Part shown: positions 1-15,538 of the stretch, in pieces
How the letters are laid out: the number at the start of each line of letters is the position of its first letter
How positions within the stretch are numbered: position 1 is the stretch's first letter
NCBI GenBank assembly: GCA_032718475.1
Contig: JAUCBJ010003602.1
Span: 62,001-126,000, forward strand
Reading direction: 5' to 3'
Source: Nemertoderma westbladi
Lineage: Eukaryota > Animalia > Xenacoelomorpha
DNA length: 64,000 nucleotides
Translations under genes and position numbers: made by a program
The notes under the pieces: model-generated
What the model saw: only the letters and a program-made list of their open reading frames with translations
What the model was told of the DNA's origin: nothing
The model's database searches: none

Positions 1-3662
<3,662 letters not shown>

Positions 3663-4124
3663 AAACCGAATCAACTAACAACCGAGGAACGTCGATATAT
3701 TAATAAATAGACCTTTTTTGCAATTTTTGTTAACGTCTAAATAGCGGTTCTTTGAGTGTTTGTAACTTCGTGGTTTTTAGTGGCAGTTTAGTATCAGTTC
3801 TGTACTCTGTAACCGTGTCCGACACCTGTCTCGTACATTTTTGGTCTGTCTTTGTCTACAACAGTTTTTTTTTGAATTATAAAATGACCAAATCATTCCT
3901 GTGAGACTGATCCCTACTGGTATTTGTAACTAATGGTTGTGGCTAACATTTGTGCTCCTATAGACAAAAAATAATTAGATTTAATACCCTAATTAATTAT
4001 TATAGTTCGTTCATGTTAGAGTAATTATTATTTTAATTTGTAACTTTAAGTGACAGAACATCTATAATATAATATGTTTCACTATTTCTAAAAGTTGAAA
4101 GGACCTCATATGAAGGGTGTGTGT

Positions 4125-4134
4125 AATAAATAAA
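4125..4134 (+). promoter_or_regulatory. Candidate polyadenylation signal(s) of BiP (overlapping AATAAA); another candidate at 3702-3707
   Basis: AATAAATAAA ~460 nt after the stop, followed by T-rich sequence. Not verified by transcript data. Confidence 0.4.
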
Positions 4135-4170
4135 TAGATTTGTAATTAAATTAATATTTCAATTTTTCAA

Positions 4171-5230
4171 TTGGAAGTGGGAGGGGCGAGAAGATGGAAG
4201 TCCGATTGGAAGTGGGAGGGACGGGAATATTGGAAGTGGGAGGGACGGGAATATTGGAAGTGGGAGGGACGGGAATATTGGAAGTGGGAGGGACGGGAAT
4301 ATTGGAAGTGGGAGGGACGGGAATATTGGAAGTGGGAGGGACGGGAATATTGGAAGTGGGAGGGACGGGAATATTGGAAGTGGGAGGGACGGGAAGATGG
4401 AAGTCCGATTGGAAGTGGGAGGGACGGGAATATTGGAAGTGGGAGGGACGGGAATATTGGAAGTGGGAGGGACGGGAATATTGGAAGTCAGATTGAAAGT
4501 GGGAGGGACGGGAAGATGGAAGTCCGATTGGAAGTGGGAGGGACGGGAATATTGGAAGTGGGAGGGACGGGAATATTGGAAGTGGGAGGGACGGGAATAT
4601 TGGAAGTCACATTGAAAGTGGGAGGGACGGGAAGATGGAAGTCCGATTGGAAGTGGGAGGGACGGGAATATTGGAAGTGGGAGGGACGGGAATATTGGAA
4701 GTGGGAGGGACGGGAATATTGGAAGTCACATTGAAAGTGGGAGGGACGGGAAGATGGAAGTCCGATTGGAAGTGGGAGGGACGGGAATATTGGAAGTGGG
4801 AGGGACGGGAATATTGGAAGTGGGAGGGACGGGAATATTGGAAGTCCGATTGGAAGTGGTAGGGATGGGAAGATGGAAGTCAGATAGGAAGTGGGAGGGA
4901 CGGGAATATTGGAAGTCCGATTGGAAGTGGCAGGGATGGGAAGATGGAAGTCAGATAGGAAGTGGGAGGGACGGGAATATTGGAAGACCGATTGGAAGTG
5001 GCAGGGATGGGAAGATGGAAGTCAGATAGGAAGTGGGAGGGACGGGAATATTGGAAGTCCGATTGGAAGTGGGATGGACGGGAAAATGGAAGTCCGATTG
5101 GAAGTGGGAGGGACGGGAAGATGTAAGTCCGTTTGGAGATGGGATGGATTGGAAGTGGAAGGGACGGGAAGATGTAAGTCCGTTTGGAGATGGGATGGAC
5201 GGGAAGATGGAAGTCAGATTGGAAGTGGAC
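4171..5230 (+). repeat. G-rich 24-bp minisatellite with 35-bp variants
   Basis: Unit TTGGAAGTGGGAGGGACGGGAATA interleaved with ...GGGAAGATGGAAGTCCGA variants. It degenerates toward the right end. Confidence 0.95.
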
Positions 5231-7116
5231 CGGTACACAAAGTAGAGTAGACCCCTATATGACAAATATATTTATATTGGCAAAGTACTACTTTGCAACG
5301 TTGCGGCCTATAAAACGGAACGATGCAAAGTAATCACTAAATTAGTAACAATAAACTTCTAGAACACATCTTGAGTAATCCCCTTTGATAAAAGCCAAAG
5401 TATGCTAAGTGTAAGATTATTTACCCTACAGATGCTACAGTAACTGCAATGAATTGAACGACGTCCGGAAGATAATGTCGTTTACATTGGTGTAGGCCTA
5501 TATAGTAAATATTTTTGGTGATTTTGGCAAGAAATTTTATTGTGATCAATAATCCGTCCGTCTCATGCCCAGCTTACATTGTTGAGGATTTTGTGTAATT
5601 AGCAATACACAGATTCTAACCCGACAAAAGGTTGTATAAATTTCGCACTGTTGCGTTAGACATTAGTGCTTACTCCAACCCAGCGTTATAATGGGAAACA
5701 CTGGCGTTGCAGAGAGAAAAAATAATGCAGGCGCTCTGATAAGGCTGTATGGCCCCTAAGGCGCCTGCAAATAATAAATATAAATGTTAAATTTATTGAA
5801 TTAATTTTTAAAATTTATTTAACTGTACAAAACTTCACTATAGTAGGTTGCTCCCATTGGAATAATAATGAGTAAAAGCTTTCAGGAAAACATCCTGTGG
5901 GAACGAGAATCGTATTTCATATAATGTCAGGAGGATCCGGTGTAAAATCATCAGCCGGATTATTGATGCCAACAACTTTACCAACCAGAATCAGATAAAA
6001 CATTTACTATATACTTCCATACAAGGTATATAATTAGGGGGGTGGGCGGCTGCAAATTTTTGAAACCATTGAAAAGTAATTCGAGAACAAGAAATTAACT
6101 ACTTTTTGTTATTATTTCGCGTGACACTTGCCCTTATTCAATACTGTCAATACTACAGGCCAAGCAACCGGAAATTTTAATTAAATTAAATTTATTTAAA
6201 TTACTAGCTAACTTGAGTTTCTGTGAAAACTATAAAAACTTATTTATTCAAATATTTGTTCCTACAAGACTAATCCATGCAGTTTATATATTCTAGAACG
6301 TAAGCTTATGTCAAATTTTGGCTTTAGAGCTAATTAATTTTGCGGATTAAACAGTCGGACAAAACCTTTTCGTAAGAAATAGTTTAATACTTGAAAAGAA
6401 ACTTACAATAATTGTTATACAAATAATTACCTGTTAGCCAATTAAAAGGCAAAAATCCAACACTAGCTAATGTAATATTTCCATAACATTAGCTTATGTT
6501 ATTTGGCATTACAAAATCATTAAATTTTTATCAAATGCTTCATTTTCATAATAACATGAAATTCCCTGTGTGTTTACTATGTAATTTTGACAACTTTGGA
6601 ATTTTGGCTGCATTGCCTATAGTAAAGAACACCTTCCCTTATTTTATTTAAGAACTAAAATATAACTTTAACCTTAATATAATAACTTTCTTAACTTATT
6701 TCCTACAGCAGCCGTTAAAATTTCATAAACAGCACTACGGGAACCTAACAAGAACCGCAACCGGTTATATTTCTAGTTTTTTTCTTTTTTTTAAGTATCA
6801 TCTGCGGATATCATATTATCATATTATATATGCGGATATCACTTTAAAATAAAAAATCCGACCAGGCCAACAGTATGCGTGTCGAATTCCCATCACCACC
6901 ATATCAAATTTAGTAGCATTTATTATTGAAATTCGAAAACTAATCGAAGGATGTTTGGGGGGTCTGTTAGTTAAATAAAAGTTGTTATATTAATGGCTAT
7001 GGTATTGGTGTGTCCCGTACTAAAGTTTTTTTTTAATGTATTAAAATATCTTGTTAATTTGGAATTTTCATAGACTATAAGGCGATAGGCCCCCAACTAT
7101 TCCGTTTGTACTAAGA

Positions 7117-8055
7117 ATGGCGGTTTCCCCAGACGCCCAGAATAGAGAATCTCCTGGAACTGTTGCTAATTCGCTTTACCCAAAGGATAATTACGCCTCT
7201 GTAAGTCAAACGAGCGTCTATTACCCTGCCACAAATGTGGCGGGTTACCCAACTGGATACCCAACCATGAATGCGATGGGTTACCCACCTTCACCGCATA
7301 TGGGTTACCCACCCTCACCTCCTATGGGTCCTCCAGACAGAAATCCGATGGGTCCCCCAGACACACACTCGGCGAGCAACTCATTCGAAGACTTTACAAT
7401 TCTCAGCGGATTCTTTCGACGAGTCTATGGAATCCTCTTCTTAGAATTTCTGGTTGTCAGTCTCATTGTTTTTGCCTTTTTCTACGACGTCGAACTAGAA
7501 ACGTTTATAGTGAGTTATCCAGCATTAATGGTGGTTGCAATAATTATTTATATTGTACTGGTTGAAATGACATTTATGTGCTCCTTGGGGCGATATAGAG
7601 CGTACTTTCTTATCGATAGGATAGTCCTGGTTATCCTGGCGCTAATTTTAGGATTTTCATTGGGTTTCGTCTGCCCCTGGGCCAAGGAAGGTGTGTTAAT
7701 TACGCCTGTTACCGTCGCCGTTACCACCTTCTCAATATTGATATTCGCTTTTCAAACCAAAATCAAATTGTCGGGGATCGGGCCTTTCATACTCGTTGGA
7801 TTTATCATACTGATTCAATTTGCAATATTTGTAATATTTTTCGGAGTGGATAAGTTATACATGATCGCCTACGGATGCATCGCCGCCTTTATCTATTGTA
7901 TTTATCTAGTTCTCGATACACAACTCATGGTGTTGGGCAGCCACCCAATCACAGTGAAACCGGATGACTACTTGAGCGCATCCATAAACCTTAACGTTGA
8001 TATATTTGCCGTTTTGTTCTACTACGTATTTGAAAAATGTGCACGTTCCAAATGA
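7117..8055 (+). CDS. TMBIM / protein lifeguard (Bax inhibitor-1 superfamily, GRINA/FAIM2-like) membrane protein, single-exon CDS
   Basis: 312 aa with a Pro/Tyr/Gly-rich N-terminus (GYPPSP). Family motifs GFFRRVYGIL, FAFQTKI, YLVLDTQLM and PDDY.SAS.NL.VDI are present, with ~7 hydrophobic segments. Confidence 0.88.
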   Translation: MAVSPDAQNRESPGTVANSLYPKDNYASVSQTSVYYPATNVAGYPTGYPTMNAMGYPPSPHMGYPPSPPMGPPDRNPMGPPDTHSASNSFEDFTILSGFFRRVYGILFLEFLVVSLIVFAFFYDVELETFIVSYPALMVVAIIIYIVLVEMTFMCSLGRYRAYFLIDRIVLVILALILGFSLGFVCPWAKEGVLITPVTVAVTTFSILIFAFQTKIKLSGIGPFILVGFIILIQFAIFVIFFGVDKLYMIAYGCIAAFIYCIYLVLDTQLMVLGSHPITVKPDDYLSASINLNVDIFAVLFYYVFEKCARSK

Positions 8056-9283
8056 TGTAGGCCTGCTTACTTCACTACACTGTACCAGTACGAAGTGCTG
8101 GTACAACAACTATAATGTGCACTGAAGTGCGCTAACATATCTCTATTTTGCGAGAGTATATTTGGGTAACTGTTTGGATATAAAGTACCTCATATTAATA
8201 CTTTATTATTATTATTATATTAAAAAATGTATATGTTAATATATTTGTTTTTGAGCGAAAGTGAAGTCAGCTCACCAAGACGAGTATTACAAATACAGAG
8301 AAGAATTTCATAGTTTGATAATTCCGCTATAATATGAAATTATTAAAAAATTACAATCTACCATGATAATTATTGTTCCGCTACCTAGTTCATGTAACAA
8401 AAAGAGACTTTGAAGACTTCAAAAAATTAAATCGAAATATTACAAACTAAACTGTTTGGATGGCCTATTTATTTACTCATTATAAAGCCTATCTATATGC
8501 TTATTGATTCCAATATATTGAGATCTTCACACATACATACATACTGTACATATTCATTATATTTATTCTAGTCGAAGATAATCACTTATAAATGTTCAAT
8601 AATTAATTTATAATCTATTAATTTAATATAACGCACTAATTTTATTGGTCACTAAAACAGTTGCCTTTTCCATTAAACTTAAATGGTTTTTCCACTAAAT
8701 TTTTGCCACTAAAATATATACATTGGTCCTCTAAAATATTTTAATCATCACTAAAATGTATTATTTATTACCCAAAATACGACTGTAACCTATTCTTTTG
8801 CATTTCGTTTATTGTTTCAGTTAGAATAACGTGCCATTGTAACCTGCTCTTTTCCTTTTCTTGGTGATAATTCATAGATATGATTAGTAATTTATAATTA
8901 ATATATTTTAGTGATGGTCAACATTTAGTGGAAACTTAATATTTTAGTGATTTTCCTGTATGAAAATGTGATAAAATGGATAACTTTTATTTTTATTAGG
9001 TAGAAAAATTACTGCCATTAAATTATGTTTAATTGAGTTAAAACTGAAGGAATAACAACTTTGTCACATTTTTAAAGCATTTTTTCACAAATTTTTAAAG
9101 CCTCTCCAAATATTTATATTTAAAATAATATATTGTATAAATACTACCATAACACGCCTTTTTAAGGCCTTTGATTTATGAGGAAGAAATTAAAATACTA
9201 TACCGGTACCGGTTATAAATTATTAACAAATATCAGCAACTAAGATGATCTACGATTAATTATTTAGGTGTTCTTTACGTGTT

Positions 9284-9322
9284 CTAATACTACTGTCGAC
9301 ATGCTGCATTGCAGCTGCATTA
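9284..9322 (-). mobile_element. Second copy of the short retroposon 3' end found in the LTR integrase
   Basis: The reverse complement reads AATGCAGCTGCAATGCAGCATGTCGACAGTAGTATTAG, matching 54993-55030. Confidence 0.55.
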
Positions 9323-9607
9323 TATAAATATATAGAATAAGAATGATATGTCAGCTTGTCATAGATTATATGAATTTCAGAGGCGTCTCAAGAAAGTTAT
9401 GGGGTGTCCACCAAGTATATTATTCTCTCCATGAGGCTGGGCCGCCATAGCACATGGCAGGTGCCTCCCGTGCATTGGTTGACCCTCACCGTGACTTCTC
9501 ACACCACTTATTGTACTCAAATATACATAAATAAGTCATTGTGTACATAAATATATGGACATATATGTTTATATGGACAGGGGCTATCTCAACACTTCAC
9601 TTCCCAG

Positions 9608-9638
9608 CATGACCTACTAAAGACATCTTTAGGTCATG
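9608..9638. mobile_element. 31-bp palindromic insertion flanked by 7-bp direct repeat TTCCCAG
   Basis: TTCCCAG-CATGACCTACTAAAGA CA TCTTTAGGTCATG-TTCCCAG. Confidence 0.5.
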
Positions 9639-9942
9639 TTCCCAGTAACTAAAATGAGGTAAGTTCACCACTTCCATAAACCACAACCCACATCAATTAA
9701 ATAGGAGTTGTTGACGTATGGTGCCAAATCCGTCAACTTTATCCAGGTTAGCTAAATATTAATCGGCCTTGGTGGGGTCCATGGAGGCCTCTAAACATTG
9801 ACATAAATATTGATAATATTGTCAAATTAAATATAAATTAGCCAAGTTTTGAATATGAGATAATACTTATTACATTTCGTTATACATCATACAGTACTAC
9901 ACACCAATTTATGTGTTAAGTAAGTAACCATTTGAAAATAAC

Positions 9943-11679
9943 ATGATTAATATAACAAAAGTTCGACCTATAATTCCTACATTGCGGAGCTATTCCACTA
10001 ACACCGAAGTTCCCTTTTTCCGCAAGGAAATTCCATTGAAGTTGAGTTACCTCCATCGTCCGAGTACTAAACCGTTTCTGCGTGAAACTCTGGGAAGTCT
10101 CCTCCAAAATCGTGCTGTACAATCCCGCGATGAGGTGGCATTTGTGTTCGACGACAAAGATGAATCAATAACCTACGGTGAAGTCTTCGAGGAAGCCGAG
10201 AAGTTAGCAAGTGGATTCGTAGAGTTGGGTTTAAAACGCGGAGATCGGATAGGAATCTATGGAGTAAACTCCCGCCAGTGGATGGTCGGCACCTACGCCG
10301 CTGCACGGGCCGGTCTGGTTACGGTTAACGTGAATCCCGCCTTACACTCCCTTGGAAATACGGCAGACACTCAGCAAGGTTGGAGTCAGTGCCCTGTTGG
10401 CAGACTCAGGGATCCGACACATCAAGTACTACGACTTGCTATGCATGGTCCTTCCCGAATTGTCCAGCTCGAAACCTGGAAAATACCGAGTCTTCGACAC
10501 GTTATATTTATGGACGAAATATCTCGCGCTGGTTGCCATACCTACGAAGGGATTAAATCTATTGGTGGCTCGACATCACGTGATGAAGTTCTTAAGCTGC
10601 AAAAAGTTATTGAACCAGACGATGTTCTAGTGATTCTCTTTAGTTCTGGTACAACCGGTAACCCAAAAGCGATTCCAGCTTCTCATCATAGTTATATTGA
10701 ATCCGCGGTGAATTGCGCAAACGCGATGGGCCATTGACACTCTATTTCATGTCCAGTTCAGTTTTTCCACGTTTCAGCTTACATCGGCGCGATTGTCTGT
10801 CCTGTGTTAAGTGCTTGGAAGATTGTCGTACCATCACGGCTGTTTGAGGCTGAGAAAACCTTAGAAAGCATAGAAAAGCACAAGTGCACTATGATAGGAG
10901 CAATTCCTTCTATGTTAGTAGATATCATGAAAATATATAAAAACTACGATTTGACATCCCTGAAGAGTTGTTTCATTGGAGGTATGCCCATTGCTGAGAA
11001 ATTTTTTACTGATGTCGCTGATAAATTAGAATTAACATCGCCTCTCCGGGCTTATGGCATGACGGAAATCGGAGTTGCGGTCACTGGTGATTGGCGAGAT
11101 TCTAAGACAATGCTGCTTCATAATGACGGTTATCTTTTGGAAGGATTGGAAGTTAAATTAATCGGTAAGAGCGGGGAAACTGTACCAGTAAACACTCTCG
11201 GTGAGCTCTGCTTTAGAGGACATTCAGTGTTTGCAGGTTACTGGGAGAATGAAGAGAAGACGAGAGAATCGATGGAATCCAATGGATGGTTTAAAACCGG
11301 GGACTTGGGGACAATGGATGAAAACGGCTACGTGAACATCGTAAGTCGAGTAAAAGATCTAATTATAAGGGGAGGGGATAATGTGTTTGCGATTGATATT
11401 GAGGATGTTCTACTAAATCACCCAGGGATTAAATACGTCAGCGTATTCGGCGTACCGGACCAGCGACTGGGAGAGAAGGTTGCCGTTGCGGTTCAACTTA
11501 AAGAAGAAGTTTCGATGAGTGAAGACGAAGTTAAGGATTACGTGAAAGAGAGGATGGCTCGCTACAAAGTTCCAGAATACGTGAGATTTGTGGATGACTT
11601 TCCTTTTAATACTATAGGTAAAGTGAAGAAATTTATGTTGCAGGATGACTTTATTAAGCACTTTAACATTCATCCATAA
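9943..11679 (+). pseudogene. Intronless ACSF2-like (medium-chain acyl-CoA ligase, ANL superfamily) gene, disrupted
   Basis: Motifs LGLKRGDRIGI, ILFSSGTTGNPK, AYGMTE, GELCFRG, GWFKTGDLG, RVKDLIIRGGDN and GVPDQRLGE. Lesions: extra T ~10342, a compensating shift ~10482 and an in-frame TGA at 10735-10737 before SCPVQFFH. Confidence 0.8.
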
Positions 11680-12148
11680 ATGGACTCACTACCAACATGA
11701 TATGTTCTACAGTATTTTAGATAATTTGTTTTAAACTGTCAGCGTTGCATTTTAGTTTGTGAGAAATGCTCACCACGCATTATAAGTTGGAATGAAAACA
11801 AAAACTATCAAATAATCAGTTTTTCGTTTAAAATGATATATTGATGATCGTATTACTAACTCTTGTTTCATATTATCTGCACGTATATTTTTAGGTAATA
11901 ATTATTGATTACGAAATTAAAACATTATTGGATTGTACCGGTACATGTAAACAGTACATACGTAGTCCTATGTATACTGCTCCTTATTTCTTATTTATTA
12001 TATAGAGTTTACAGTTGTAGGCCTATGTAAGTAGAAATTAGTGTCTATGAGAATAGAAAATATTTTATAGTATTAAATTTATTATAATGTGTACATTAGT
12101 ATTTCCAGATAACGTAAAAAGTAAATTACATGCACTAAAACTATAAAT

Positions 12149-12950
12149 TATTTATTTAAAAAAGAGTTTAAAAACTTGCCCATTGATAAAGCGTCTGTTA
12201 AAGCGTCTTTGTGCAGTCTGTTAAGTGATACAGCTCTGCCGTATTCCCGCAAAAACTGCAGAGGCAACTTGAAGATGGGAGATGAAAACCTTTGAGACAT
12301 AAAAGATGGTGAAAACCGTGGCAGCTGTAGCGAGTCACAATGTGGCGTTTTGGTTGCAAGCAATCCACCCAGCTCCTGTCTGTGAAGGCAATGGAAGACC
12401 AGAATTCAGGAATTATTTCCGCATATATTAAGTCCAATGTAACTTTGTACAACTGGAAAGCGTCTGTATAATCGAGTCTGAGCTGAGATTGCAATGAGAC
12501 ACGAATCGGTTGAGTGAAATCGGTTCAAACGTTGATCTTCCGCACATAAACCCATATTTTTCATTTGGAATATGTGAATCTAAGTATTTTCGTAATCTTC
12601 TTCCGACGAGGCCAGTGAGAATGGGTTAAACAACAGTGCGATGCCTCTGTAATTGTCTGCTTCTTCTCGGCTGCCTTTACCTTTATATAGTACCTTAATC
12701 AAACTTTCCTCCAAGATTTAATTCCACTACCGGCGTTGAAACAATTAATGTTGAAGAAGGTTGTCCATAAGATTAGGGTAATCGGGAGAGCGGCTTTAAG
12801 TATTTCGTAAGGCAACCATTATTCGGGTCCTCCACATTTACCATTACCATACTGTTTCGCAACTTCTTCTTCCGTGAAGTTGTCATTTCACAAAGAATAA
12901 TAAATCGCTTTATCAATGGGCAAGTTTTTAAACTCTTTTTTAAATAAATA
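12149..12950 (-). mobile_element. Degraded non-LTR (LINE) reverse transcriptase fragment bracketed by 45-bp perfect inverted repeats (12149-12193 / 12906-12950)
   Basis: Minus-strand pieces in several frames read FTEEEV, GKCGGP, YEILKA, LIKVLYKGKGSREEADNYRGIALL and YGFMCGRST. IR is TATTTATTTAAAAAAGAGTTTAAAAACTTGCCCATTGATAAAGCG. Confidence 0.75.
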
Positions 12951-13149
12951 TTTTATAACTCTTAAACATATTAAATTAAATTAATATTTTGTGCTTTTAC
13001 TGTAACATATGCCTCCACTTGGCTTGATTATTATTATTATATAAGTGTTGTTCAACATGTTGGTCAAGTATAAGACTTATTTTGATAAACTCGTGTTCTC
13101 TTCATCAGGTCATCATCATCAGAATGTACAATCCTTGAATGTACTAGTA

Positions 13150-13640
13150 ATCACGTAGGAGTCTTCTGAGATCTAGGATATTGGATTCGGAGATCTGCTG
13201 AAGATCGAAGATCCCCAAATACGAGATTCGGTTACCACTTGAAATCAAAACTTTTCTGAAGGTAAATTTATTCCGGGCAGCATTAGAGTCTGTGGTGTTA
13301 TACGGCAGTCTATGTTGGGCTCTTACTGCATAAGACACCGATCCCTTGGTGGTAGGCCTACATACACAGATGCTGCGCAGTGCATGGGTCATGCGGAATA
13401 TGACAAAATGCTTACTTGACAAACCAGAGACTTGTATACAATCTCATCAGTATCCTCTTATTGCCAAAACGAATCAATTCGCATTAGTTTATTTTCCGGC
13501 TTTGGTGAACTGATAAGCTTGTGCGTGAACGATACTGCAGTCCGGTTGTGGGAGGAACCGTGAGGCCTATTCAGTTGTTGACATTCCTGAAAGTCTGTTA
13601 ATAGAAACTGGTCTTTCACGCGATGAATTGGGGATTAAAC
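13150..13640 (+). mobile_element. Degraded RTE-type LINE, 3' RT/thumb region
   Basis: Plus-strand translation pieces F*DLGYWI, LKVNLFRAALESVVLYGSLCWALT and GTYTQMLRSA resemble the RTE-clade FKYLGSWI / LFRATVESVLLYGSETW / DGTYTRMLR. Stops are present. Confidence 0.7.
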
Positions 13641-15538
13641 ACTGCTGATTGTTAATTGTGTAGGTGTTGCGTTGCAAAGGATGTCAGAAATACATCCTGG
13701 TTGTGAATGGGTCAAAGGCAGCCAGCAAGCAATCTTGGTGGTATGGGTCGATATAATATGTACGTGGGGCGAGCCATGAAGTCTAGGTGAGCCTTTGGAT
13801 AGCGGCATAATTATTAGTTCACTAATAACTCGGTCAATCATTGACGAAATCGAATCAAACTTGGTACACATGAAGTCTATTAAAACCTTCAAAAGTTTAA
13901 AGATTATACAAACAAGCAGACTTTTATAGTTCATCTGTTGGCCGCTAGAATCTATTGCAATAAACCTAGAAGAAGTAGCTATAATTATAGAACCAACCTT
14001 CAGATTCATCTGAATTCTACCACTACTTTGTGCTGCGCGAAATCCCCACGTATGTGTTTATATGATTGATAGCAGTTCAAAATGTAGTTAATTAAGTATA
14101 AATACTCTATATCTAAAGCAGAAAATTTTCAATAAACTCTCACAATGAGTCACTAAGCGATACGTTTGCATCTACACGTCACAGACATCAGACCACAACT
14201 TGACCCGAAAATGTCCGAGCTGTCGTCCTCCACATTTAACCTTGGCAAAGTTCGACGCCTTCCCATCACTTCTTTGCCATATTTGCGCACCCCGCCGTTA
14301 ACAAACTAATTCTGGACAGTGCCAACTGACAATACAATACAACACAGTTCACCCATTGTGTGTCATACGAAGCCACTTATGATAATATTGCACGCGGGTA
14401 AATAGACTTTAACTTTAGTTCAACCCAGGCCTAAAGCCCTACTTCAGTAATAATTATTAGTTGTAAACGTATCTGCGAAACCGTATCGCAGTTGACAATT
14501 GGCTGTTCTACGTTCAGTGTGCTTGGATATTCATTCTGTCAAATATAATCTAACTGCCTATTTCTCCACTGAAAGAATTTAATTTAATTTATTTTCATTT
14601 CAATCAATAATTATATTATTATGATTTGTTTATTCGCTTTAAACAGCTACTTTACTTAGACGTACACAGAACCGGAAGTTATACGAACCGTTAACATATT
14701 TGTTATGATTATTTCATGATATAACAATAGCATAAAACATGTAACAACATTAATATTAATGGTTTAATTAATAATAACATTATGTATTATTTAAGCACAA
14801 TTTCATCAAACCCGTAACAATATATGTAAACTTACATTTTAGTAGGACTAGGACATTATTAAAATATTATGCCAAGAAGTGTCTTTTTTGGGAAATATTA
14901 CTTACTGTGTCATATTTAAATATTATTTTTAAATAAATTGTAATAAAATATTATTTATTACTGTACTAATGTAATTTAGGGGCCTGTCGCGTCTTTGCCA
15001 TATCCCAAAAAAATTACCCTCCTGAAGAAATATAAGGACTATTTTGTATAAAAAAAAAGACACACAGACATAACAATACTAATTTATTCATTGCTACCGA
15101 CATATGATGTAGTAAATTTAAGATATGTGGCCACGTCATGTAGTCTACAAAATGTATTGTGGTTTGTCCGAAATTTAATTACAGACAATATAATACTATA
15201 TCACTACTAAAAGTACAATATATTTGGTGTTTGAGTAGAGTGATATTGTAGTGTAGCACTGTAGGTGTTAGATGTTAAGTGATATAATTTTATTTGATAC
15301 ATACATAGAGTAGGCCTAATACTAACAATTATTTAATAGATATGGGTGCCTGCGCAGTTACAACTTAACTTGGGCTTTATTGTAAAAGCAAGAGGAATTA
15401 ATAATTACTATTTACTAACCTAAATACAGATACGACGTCTAGGTCTACCTAGGTTTACAACTTTTACGGTTTATAATAATTGAGAGAATCAAACACCTTG
15501 GCAACACAACGATTAAACCAACTCTCTTCTCTACAACA

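Noticed and set aside
4171-5265. WKWEGREY / GGTGILEV repeat ORFs
   Set aside because: These are translations of the 24-bp minisatellite with frequent frame switches.
8640-8950. Scattered CACTAAA / TTTAGTG inverted subrepeats suggesting an old foldback element
   Set aside because: Too degenerate to define ends or a TSD in AT-rich DNA.
13635-14009. Minus-strand ORF containing GSPHVHI, resembling a Helitron HUH motif
   Set aside because: It lacks the upstream E.Q.R context and other Rep motifs, so it is too short to support.
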